The notes under the pieces: generated by a model | What the model saw: the letters and a program-made list of their open reading frames with translations, nothing else | The model's database searches: none | Told to the model about the DNA's origin: nothing | Assembly (NCBI GenBank): GCA_900317155.1 | Contig: ONFO01000021.1 | Coordinates: 73,865-137,864 of the forward strand | Reading direction: 5' to 3' | Length of the DNA: 64,000 nt | Origin: an uncultured Bacteroidales bacterium | GTDB lineage: Bacteria > Bacteroidota > Bacteroidia > Bacteroidales > F082 | Shown: positions 45,235 through 52,415 of the stretch, in pieces | Numbering within the stretch: the first letter of the stretch is position 1 | How the letters are laid out: each line of letters starts with the position of its first letter | Program-made: the position numbers and the translations under genes

Positions 45235-45999
45235 TTAGCCCCCAATCAGATTCGTCAAATCAATAAATTCCTGCACCGATAGCTGCTCAGGTCGTTTGTT
45301 GAAGACTTCGTTTTCAATGATTTCAGGGCTGAGCATGGGGCGCAGCGAGTTGCGCATGGTCTTGCGGCGCTGGTTGAAGGCCTGCTTCACGATGCTCACA
45401 AACAATTTCTCGTCGCAACCCAAATCGGTGACGGCATTGCGCCGCATCTTGATGACGGCAGACTTCACCTTTGGTGGCGGGTTGAAAACATTTTCGTGAA
45501 CGGTGAAAAGATAGTCGATGTCGTACCAAGCCTGCATCAGCACGCTGAGGATGCCATAGGTCTTGCTACCTTCCTTGGCGGCCATGCGCTCGGCCATTTC
45601 TTTCTGCACCATGCCGACCACTTCAACGACTTGCTCCTTGTATTTCAGCACTTGGAAGAAAATCTGGCTGCTGATGTTGTAAGGGAAGTTGCCAATGATG
45701 GCCATGTTCCGCTGCCCGAATTGGCTCAAATCGGTGCGGAGGAAGTCGCCCTCAATCAGTCGCTCACCGAGCATGGGGAAATGTTTCTCCAAATAGGCGA
45801 TAGACTCCTTGTCGATTTCGATGACATGGAATTTGTCGAGGACATCTTGCACGAGATATTGGGTCAAAACGCCCGTGCCGGCACCCACCTCAATAACACT
45901 CTCCACATCAGGCGACAACTGCTCCACAATGCGCTGGGCGATATTCTGGTCGGTCAGGAAATGCTGGCCTAAGGCTTTCTTGGGTCGGACCTCGTTCAT
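45235..45999 (-). CDS. rsmA: 16S rRNA (adenine1518/1519-N6)-dimethyltransferase
   Basis: KKALGQHFL, IEVGAGTGVLT and GNFPYNISS motifs. Confidence 0.9.
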   Translation of the reverse strand: MNEVRPKKALGQHFLTDQNIAQRIVEQLSPDVESVIEVGAGTGVLTQYLVQDVLDKFHVIEIDKESIAYLEKHFPMLGERLIEGDFLRTDLSQFGQRNMAIIGNFPYNISSQIFFQVLKYKEQVVEVVGMVQKEMAERMAAKEGSKTYGILSVLMQAWYDIDYLFTVHENVFNPPPKVKSAVIKMRRNAVTDLGCDEKLFVSIVKQAFNQRRKTMRNSLRPMLSPEIIENEVFNKRPEQLSVQEFIDLTNLIGG

Positions 46000-47855
46000 A
46001 GTTTTCGGTAATTCTTTTTCGCTTGTGCGGTATAAATACTCGTCGGGTATTCGTCTATCAGCTTCTCGTAATGCTGCTTGGCCAATTCTTTGTCTTTCAA
46101 TTCGTTTTGTTCAATTAGGGCAGCGTGCATTAAAGCGGCGTCAGCCATGTAACTTTGGGAATAGTTTTCCACGATTTGCAAATACATCTGCTCGGCGGCT
46201 TCAAACTCTTTCCGCTTTTCTGCAATCTCACCTTTGCGGAACAATGCGTGTGGTTTGCTGACTTCATTTCCCGTGGCGATGATGCCGTCAAGTAAAACGA
46301 TGGCTTCGTCCTCACGTTGCTGGTAGATTCTGTAATCGGCACGAGCCAATTTGTTGAGCTCCACGCCTGTAGTGTCTATTTCGAGATTGTCTTTGATGAC
46401 CAGCGAAAGCGTCATGGCATCGTTGGCAATGAGCTTGGAGGTGGCGGCTTTCAGTACTTTCAGTTGACTCTCAGCCCACTCATATTCACCGATGAAGTAT
46501 CGGAGTTGGGCGTTCTTGAAGCGGGCTTCGTGTCCGAGTGGCTCTTCCTTCAGGCTCTTGTCGACTTGACTATAAAGCAAGGTGGCTTCCCACACTTCGT
46601 CTTTGTAGAGATATATGTCGGCAAGTTTAAGTTTGAGTTCGGCCTTATCCTGTTTGCTGCCAACGGTCTCGATGGTCTGTGTAAGCATGGCAATGGCTTC
46701 CTCAGATTTACCAAGTTGATAGGTCATGATGTCGGCTTTAATCAAGATTAGCCTCGACAGGTCGTTAGTATTAATTACATTATAAGCCTCATCAATACGT
46801 TTTGTGAGCTTTTCGTAGGCTTTGATGTCGGTGTTGTTAGAGGACTTCAGTTTCAGGTAGTCGGTTTTGATGCTGCCGGTGAGGGCTTGTCCATAGAAGG
46901 GGTTGCTGGTTCCTTTATCCATGATGTAGGTGTAGCCTTGCTTCGCAATGTCATATTGCTTGTTGTTCAGGCAGATGCCCGACAAATTATTGATTTGGGC
47001 ATCTTGGTCGTGGGTCTTGCGATCGATGCTTTTGCATTGGGCCAAAGCGATGTCGTAGTCCTCTTGTTGCAGGGCAAACCAAACCAAAAGTTGGGCAAAC
47101 TCCAAGTTGTCGGGCTTTTTTTGGGTCTGTTTCAGCAAGGCCATGCGCATCTCGTCAGAAATGCTGTGGTTCACATCATAGAACAACATGGTTTGCAGAC
47201 GGTTGCGGATATTGTTATATTGCCCAGGATGGGCTTCCAACTCAAGGAAATAGTATCGGAATGCCTCTTGGTAGTTAAGCATCGATTGGTTGAGGTATGC
47301 CAAATCCAAATAGAAGTTTTCTTCGCCTTCAAGCAACTTGTTGCCTTTATCCAAAATAGCGATGGCCATATTATAGAGTCCTCTTGCTTGAAAAGCGTTG
47401 CTGAGGCCTCTGATGCTGGGAGCGTTAGCCGGGAGTTCTTTCAAAACTTCATTCAGCCTTTTTTCGGCTTTGTCGTTTTTGCCTTGGAGGGTGTAAACGT
47501 AAATGAGGTCGGCAATGCTTTTGGAATGGTTGGGATTCTTTTTGGAAAATGTTTTAAGCTCTTTTTCCGCTTGATCGAAGTCTTTCAGTTGGATGAGACA
47601 TTCCGTATATTGTTGGAAATAATGAGTTTGCCCGGTTTTCTGGTAGAGGCTTGCATAAATGTCGCGGGCCTTGTCAAACTCTTGTTCACGGAAATACTGT
47701 CCAGCCAGTTGGTCATCGATTTGAACTTGGTCCTTTTGCTTGGCGTCGACTTTCTTTCCTTTGGACTGCGTGCTGATTTGCGCGTCCATATGAAAAATGA
47801 ACGCAAACGACAGAAAGAATATGAGAAACCAACGTTGGAGCATCATACAGTTCAT
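45996..47855 (-). CDS. Tetratricopeptide-repeat protein (secreted)
   Basis: Signal peptide followed by multiple TPR-like helical repeats. 4-nt overlaps with both neighbours. Confidence 0.75.
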   Translation of the reverse strand: MNCMMLQRWFLIFFLSFAFIFHMDAQISTQSKGKKVDAKQKDQVQIDDQLAGQYFREQEFDKARDIYASLYQKTGQTHYFQQYTECLIQLKDFDQAEKELKTFSKKNPNHSKSIADLIYVYTLQGKNDKAEKRLNEVLKELPANAPSIRGLSNAFQARGLYNMAIAILDKGNKLLEGEENFYLDLAYLNQSMLNYQEAFRYYFLELEAHPGQYNNIRNRLQTMLFYDVNHSISDEMRMALLKQTQKKPDNLEFAQLLVWFALQQEDYDIALAQCKSIDRKTHDQDAQINNLSGICLNNKQYDIAKQGYTYIMDKGTSNPFYGQALTGSIKTDYLKLKSSNNTDIKAYEKLTKRIDEAYNVINTNDLSRLILIKADIMTYQLGKSEEAIAMLTQTIETVGSKQDKAELKLKLADIYLYKDEVWEATLLYSQVDKSLKEEPLGHEARFKNAQLRYFIGEYEWAESQLKVLKAATSKLIANDAMTLSLVIKDNLEIDTTGVELNKLARADYRIYQQREDEAIVLLDGIIATGNEVSKPHALFRKGEIAEKRKEFEAAEQMYLQIVENYSQSYMADAALMHAALIEQNELKDKELAKQHYEKLIDEYPTSIYTAQAKKNYRKL

Positions 47856-48355
47856 CTCTTTTTCTTGAATGTCTCCAGATCTTTTTTGCAGTCAACGAAG
47901 CGGTCCCTGAAGTATTCAACTTGGTTGTTGATTCGTGTGACGTGTTGCGATTCCATGTCAAGGAAGATGGCGGAAAGTGAGTCGGAAAGGTAATGGGTTT
48001 CAATGTCCGACTTGAGGTTGCCGAGTTGGGTCAGTGTGGTGTCGATGTTGGCTCGCATCACGGGACAGGTTTCCTCGAATTGAGTGATGTAGGCACTGAC
48101 CAACTGGAGCTGTTGAAAGATCTCATCAACTTCCTCGGGATGCAGGAATTGAAGCATGGAGTCACAGGTCATAAAGTCTTTTTTGAGCTGTACATGCTCT
48201 TTGTTTTCAAGTTCGTTAAGCGTAGTGACATCGTTTTGCACTTGTTTTATTAATGCATCAACGCGTTCAAGGTCAGTCTTGGGCTCCGACTGGCAAGCGA
48301 CAAGAGCCAAGGTTGTTATGATGAGGATTTTTGATACAATGGATTTGAGATTCAT
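47852..48355 (-). CDS. Lipoprotein, hypothetical
   Basis: Lipobox ILIITTLALVAC. First gene of the lipoprotein-TPR-rsmA operon. Confidence 0.65.
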   Translation of the reverse strand: MNLKSIVSKILIITTLALVACQSEPKTDLERVDALIKQVQNDVTTLNELENKEHVQLKKDFMTCDSMLQFLHPEEVDEIFQQLQLVSAYITQFEETCPVMRANIDTTLTQLGNLKSDIETHYLSDSLSAIFLDMESQHVTRINNQVEYFRDRFVDCKKDLETFKKKR

Positions 48356-48377
48356 TTTTCAAGTCTTGTTGCAACGG

Positions 48378-48385
48378 CAAAAATA
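48378..48385 (-). promoter_or_regulatory. -7 promoter box (TATTTTTG on the minus strand)
   Basis: 23 nt upstream of ATG 48355. Confidence 0.5.
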
Positions 48386-48419
48386 CACAATTTGCCGCAA
48401 ACGGGTTGTAAATGGGGCA

Positions 48420-48457
48420 TAAAAAATCCCGACCATCATAAGTAAGATAATCGGGAT
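48420..48457 (-). terminator. Intrinsic terminator of the rplU-rpmA operon
   Basis: ATCCCGA/TCGGGAT stem followed by a T6 run on the minus strand, ~25 nt after the rpmA stop. Confidence 0.55.
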
Positions 48458-48480
48458 AAAACGGTATACTATGAATACGA

Positions 48481-48753
48481 TTATTCAGTGACTTGTCCTT
48501 CGACGGGGAGGATGGAGACAAATGACTTGCCTTCTTTCTTCTTCCTGAAGTCGACAATGCCATCACACAATGCATACAGCGTGTGATCTTTGCCCATGCC
48601 GACATTCTTGCCAGGATAGTGCTTTGTGCCGCGCTGACGGACGATGATGTTGCCAGCAATGGCAGCTTGTCCACCGAAAAGTTTCACTCCGAGTCGCTTA
48701 CTAGCGGACTCACGACCGTTCTCTGAACTACCAACACCTTTTTTGTGTGCCAT
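48481..48753 (-). CDS. rpmA: 50S ribosomal protein L27
   Basis: [29 protein letters not shown]. Confidence 0.95.
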   Translation of the reverse strand: MAHKKGVGSSENGRESASKRLGVKLFGGQAAIAGNIIVRQRGTKHYPGKNVGMGKDHTLYALCDGIVDFRKKKEGKSFVSILPVEGQVTE

Positions 48754-48776
48754 ATCTCTTTAGTTTTTTCGGGTTT

Positions 48777-49115
48777 TTACTCAGTGATGCTTTCAATTTG
48801 GATCTTGCTCAGATACTGACGGTGACCGTTAGAAGTCTGATATCCTTTTCTTCTTTTCTTCTTGAAAACGATAATCTTGTTGCCTTTGAGGTGTTGCAAC
48901 ACTGTGGCTTCGACATTGGCGCCGGCTACCGTCGGGGCTCCTACTTTCGTCGAACCTTCATTTCCAATCAATAACACTTTGTCGAAAGAAACCTTGCTTC
49001 CTTCTTCTTCATGCAGTCTGTTGACGAAGATTTGCTGACCCTTCTCAACTTTGAACTGTTGTCCTGCGATTTCTACTTTGAACTGTTGTCCTGCGATTTC
49101 TACTATTGCGTACAT
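48777..49115 (-). CDS. rplU: 50S ribosomal protein L21, carrying a 9-aa in-frame tandem duplication
   Basis: MYAIVEIAGQQFKVEIAGQQFKVEKGQQIFV...KKRRKGY...NGHRQ. Length is 112 aa instead of the 103 it would have without the duplicated VEIAGQQFK. Confidence 0.9.
   Translation of the reverse strand: MYAIVEIAGQQFKVEIAGQQFKVEKGQQIFVNRLHEEEGSKVSFDKVLLIGNEGSTKVGAPTVAGANVEATVLQHLKGNKIIVFKKKRRKGYQTSNGHRQYLSKIQIESITE
49048..49101 (-). repeat. Perfect 2 x 27-bp tandem duplication inside rplU
   Basis: actttgaactgttgtcctgcgatttct occurs at 49048-49074 and again at 49075-49101. Confidence 0.95.
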
Positions 49116-49163
49116 TTCTCGATATCTTTTAGTTAGATACTAACTCTCTTTTTTTTCGGACTG

Positions 49164-49171
49164 CAAAAATA
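49164..49171 (-). promoter_or_regulatory. -7 promoter box (TATTTTTG on the minus strand) for rplU-rpmA
   Basis: ~50 nt upstream of ATG 49115. Confidence 0.5.
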
Positions 49172-49302
49172 CAACTTTTTTCAATCGGAAAAGATTTTCT
49201 TTTGGTTTTTCTCATTAATTTTCTTGAAAAACTTGCATTATTGTTTGTAAATTGTTGATAAATAATAAAATATAAAAATGTTTTTTGTGCCATAAAAATA
49301 TG

Positions 49303-49310
49303 TATTTTTG
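49303..49310 (+). promoter_or_regulatory. -7 promoter box TATTTTTG for the ECF sigma operon
   Basis: TAnnTTTG, 41 nt upstream of ATG 49351. Confidence 0.55.
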
Positions 49311-49350
49311 CAGCCTGTTTTGTCATCGGTATTAATACCTTATATTAATA

Positions 49351-49893
49351 ATGAACGAAAACGAGCTCAAGGTTCTTGTTGAGAAGATGAAGGCAGGCGA
49401 TAGGGAAGCGTTCAACAACATTTTCCGTCGCTATTACGCACCTTTGGTGCGTTTTGGCATTCGTTTTGTCGCCGATGCCGACCAGTCTGCCGAAATTGTT
49501 CAGGACCTGTTTGTAAAATTGTGGACGGGTCGTGATAAGTTGACGGTCAATTCCTCTTTTGAATCCTATATGTTGCGCTCGGTGCGCAATGCTGCTATTA
49601 CTTTTATTAATAAGGAGCGCGCCCATGCCGAGGCCAACGAGCGAGTTTTTACCGATGATTCTGATGCCAACGACCCTTCTGAGACTTTGCAATCCAACAA
49701 TCTGGAGTCATCGTATCGAGCCATTTTGGCAAACATGCCTGAAAAGCGTCGCGAAGTGTTTCTTGCAAGCCGCTACGAAGGATTGAAATATGCTGAAATT
49801 GCTGATAAAATGGGGTTGTCGCAAAAGACCGTTGAAGCCCATATGACAGCAGCCATCAAGCAACTCAGAGAAGGACTGAAAGCTTATCTTTGA
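49351..49893 (+). CDS. ECF-type RNA polymerase sigma-70 factor
   Basis: Region 2 (FNNIFRRYYAPLVRFGIRFV...AEIVQDLFVKLW) and region 4 HTH (LKYAEIADKMGLSQKTVEAHM). Confidence 0.9.
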   Translation: MNENELKVLVEKMKAGDREAFNNIFRRYYAPLVRFGIRFVADADQSAEIVQDLFVKLWTGRDKLTVNSSFESYMLRSVRNAAITFINKERAHAEANERVFTDDSDANDPSETLQSNNLESSYRAILANMPEKRREVFLASRYEGLKYAEIADKMGLSQKTVEAHMTAAIKQLREGLKAYL

Positions 49894-49977
49894 AAATTAC
49901 TTTTTTTCGTTTTTCACTAAGGGTAAAATCAAAGTTATGAGTCATATAGGTGAATCGATGAGATAAAAACGATTAAG

Positions 49978-51000
49978 ATGAACTCGGTAAACAATAAATA
50001 TGAGGCTTTAATCTTGAGCTACTTGGACGGGCAATGCTCGGCTGAAGAAGCTCTTGAATTGCTTTCTTGGGTGGCCGAGTCGGAAGAGAATCGTCTTTAT
50101 TTCAAGGCACTTAAAGATCAGAACGAAGTGTGGAACCTCACCGATTTTGCCATGCCCGAGCTTGACGAATCCGATGTGAATGCTGCTCTTGATGCCGTCA
50201 ACACCAAGATAGATGCCATCGAGGAAACAGAGACCAAAGTCGTTCAGATGCCATGGATTCGCAGAAACTACAGATATGTTTCCGGTGTGGCTGCCGCTTT
50301 CCTCATCGCTCTATTCGTTGGCTTCCTGGTGCGCAATCCCTTTAATTCAACTGTAACATACGCCTTCAACGGACAAAACGAATCGTCATTTGTCCTGCCT
50401 GATGGCACTTCAGTCAACTTCGATTGCGAGAGTACCATTACCTATCCTGAACAATTCGACAAGTCGAGTCGCTCTGTCGATTTCGAAGGCGTCGCTTATT
50501 TTGATGTCACCAAGGACGAGAATAGACCTTTCGTCATCCATTGCAACAACATGGATGTGGAAGTGCTGGGTACCACTTTCCTTCTCAATGCCGATAAAGA
50601 TATGGAACGTTATTTCGTTGACCTTTACACGGGGAAGGTGAGTATGACCGCTTTCGATAAGAAAGGACGTGAATTGTCGAAGATAGAAGTCACTCCAGGC
50701 GAACGCGGTGTGTGGAATGCTGCCGAAGGCGAGCTGAAGACCATGAGCTATCCCGAGGTGAAGGAGGAGGAGTTGGCCAACAACCATGTGTTGGTATTCG
50801 ACAACGAGTCGCTTTCCAAGATTGTGGAGGCTTTGGAATACCTTTACAAGGTTGAGATTGAACTTGATGAAGCTTGTGCCGCCAAGAAGCTCACCGCGCG
50901 TTTCTCCGATGAGGAATCCATCGATGAAGTGCTGGAAACCATCGCGATAGTTTCAGAAGTCACGGTGACCAAGTCGGACGGTGCCTACCAGATCCGTTAA
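49978..51000 (+). CDS. FecR-family anti-sigma factor
   Basis: N-terminal anti-sigma region, one TM (VSGVAAAFLIALFVGFLV), FecR domain (LPDGTSV...FDV......PF.I......VEVLGTTF) and a DUF4974-like C-terminus. Confidence 0.85.
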   Translation: MNSVNNKYEALILSYLDGQCSAEEALELLSWVAESEENRLYFKALKDQNEVWNLTDFAMPELDESDVNAALDAVNTKIDAIEETETKVVQMPWIRRNYRYVSGVAAAFLIALFVGFLVRNPFNSTVTYAFNGQNESSFVLPDGTSVNFDCESTITYPEQFDKSSRSVDFEGVAYFDVTKDENRPFVIHCNNMDVEVLGTTFLLNADKDMERYFVDLYTGKVSMTAFDKKGRELSKIEVTPGERGVWNAAEGELKTMSYPEVKEEELANNHVLVFDNESLSKIVEALEYLYKVEIELDEACAAKKLTARFSDEESIDEVLETIAIVSEVTVTKSDGAYQIR

Positions 51001-51095
51001 TAGGATTAGTTTCCCAAATGTCATTTTTTTGTCTAAATGAGAGTCTTCTCATTTTTTTGTCGTATTTTAGCGGCCTATTTCGAACTGTTTTGGAG

Positions 51096-52412
51096 ATGAG
51101 ATTTTCCCTGCTGAATAGAATCGCTGATATACAAAAAGATAGAAAGCTTGTCGCGTTCTTCCTTACCTCGTTATTCTTACTTCTTCTCACTTTTGCACAG
51201 CCAAAGAGTGCTAATGCACAGACATTCAATCCTTTGATTTCGTTTTCTGTGGAGTCGTGCTCTCTGGATAAAGCCTTGGAAAAACTCTTTGCCGAGTACG
51301 AGCTGAATGTAGCTTTCAGCAAGGCGGAGATGAGCAAAATCCGTATAGAAAGTTATTCCTGTTCTTACAAATCAGTCGAAGAGGTGCTGACCGATTTGCT
51401 GAAAGGCACGGGCTATGGCTTCAAGAAGGTTGGAAAGCAATACGTTATCCGAAAGAATCAGCTGCTTGTAAATGAACCCGGTGCTACGGTTATCCCTCCT
51501 GCTGAGCCTATCACGGAAGTGGTTAAGCCCAAAACGGATACTATTGTCGACAAGTCAAGCGAGGTGATCCGTATTATTGACACGGTGCAGGTTATTCGTA
51601 CGGTAATGCGTTATGATACTGTCGAAAAACTGAAAGTGCTGCACGACACGGTCCGAACCATCGTGCATGAGGGACTGACGATTCCGTGGCCGAAGTTCAG
51701 GGATAATGGTTGGTTCATTGGAGCCTCTGTGGCTGCGAGCCCAACGAATTTCAAGTATGAAAAAGCTTTCCCCGAGATTGAAAACGGTTTGATGGATGTG
51801 GTTCCGGTTTCTGGCTATAGTATAGGATTGGATGGCGGTTATAAACAAAATCGCTTAAGTGTGGGCATGAATTTGTCCTACCGCTCGGTGCACTACCGTT
51901 TCTTGCTTGAGAAAACAGATTTCTTTGGCGACTACTATGTGAACGACACCTTGGATACCTATTATGTGGTACACGAAACCGACACGACCTATCAGTATTT
52001 GTTGGATTCCACATACGTGCCGTTGACCACCACGAATTACGCCTATCGTGACATCAATCAGCTTGATTACCTGAGCGTTGGACTTTTTACCACCTTCGAT
52101 TTTATCAAATTGGAGCATTTCAGAAGCTTCTTCAAAGCAGGAGTCTCAGCTGATTTTTTGGTCAATTATGCAGGTTCGCTCAATGCTTCCGAGTCGCCTT
52201 ACCATGCGCCAATTGTCAAGGAACAGGTGAATCCGATTCGTTTCACCTTCTTCGGAGGGATAGGAGCAGCCTTCAAAGTTGCCAACCGTATCGAACTCGT
52301 TCCCGAGATGTCATATCGCATGACTGGCGGCTCGCTCTATCGTGCTGACTTTCCATTCAATATGAAGCTACGGATGATGGATTTCCGACTTGGTCTGACT
52401 TATTATTTCTAA
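51096..52412 (+). CDS. STN (secretin/TonB N-terminal) signalling domain fused to a small porin-like beta-barrel. No TonB-dependent plug or 22-strand barrel.
   Basis: Signal peptide ...LLLLTFAQPKSANA-Q. The STN-like segment is ISFSVESCSLDKALEKLFAEYELNVAFS...SVEEVLTDLLKGTGYGFKKVGKQYVI. The C-terminal ~300 aa alternate in beta-strand fashion and end in RLGLTYYF. The start is set at ATG 51096 (MRFSLLN...). Confidence 0.65.
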   Translation: MRFSLLNRIADIQKDRKLVAFFLTSLFLLLLTFAQPKSANAQTFNPLISFSVESCSLDKALEKLFAEYELNVAFSKAEMSKIRIESYSCSYKSVEEVLTDLLKGTGYGFKKVGKQYVIRKNQLLVNEPGATVIPPAEPITEVVKPKTDTIVDKSSEVIRIIDTVQVIRTVMRYDTVEKLKVLHDTVRTIVHEGLTIPWPKFRDNGWFIGASVAASPTNFKYEKAFPEIENGLMDVVPVSGYSIGLDGGYKQNRLSVGMNLSYRSVHYRFLLEKTDFFGDYYVNDTLDTYYVVHETDTTYQYLLDSTYVPLTTTNYAYRDINQLDYLSVGLFTTFDFIKLEHFRSFFKAGVSADFLVNYAGSLNASESPYHAPIVKEQVNPIRFTFFGGIGAAFKVANRIELVPEMSYRMTGGSLYRADFPFNMKLRMMDFRLGLTYYF

Positions 52413-52415
52413 ACC

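Noticed and set aside
46887-47993. 368-aa plus-strand ORF antisense to the TPR gene
   Set aside because: It is a shadow ORF of a gene with a signal peptide and TPR repeats that is operon-coupled (4-nt overlaps) on the minus strand.
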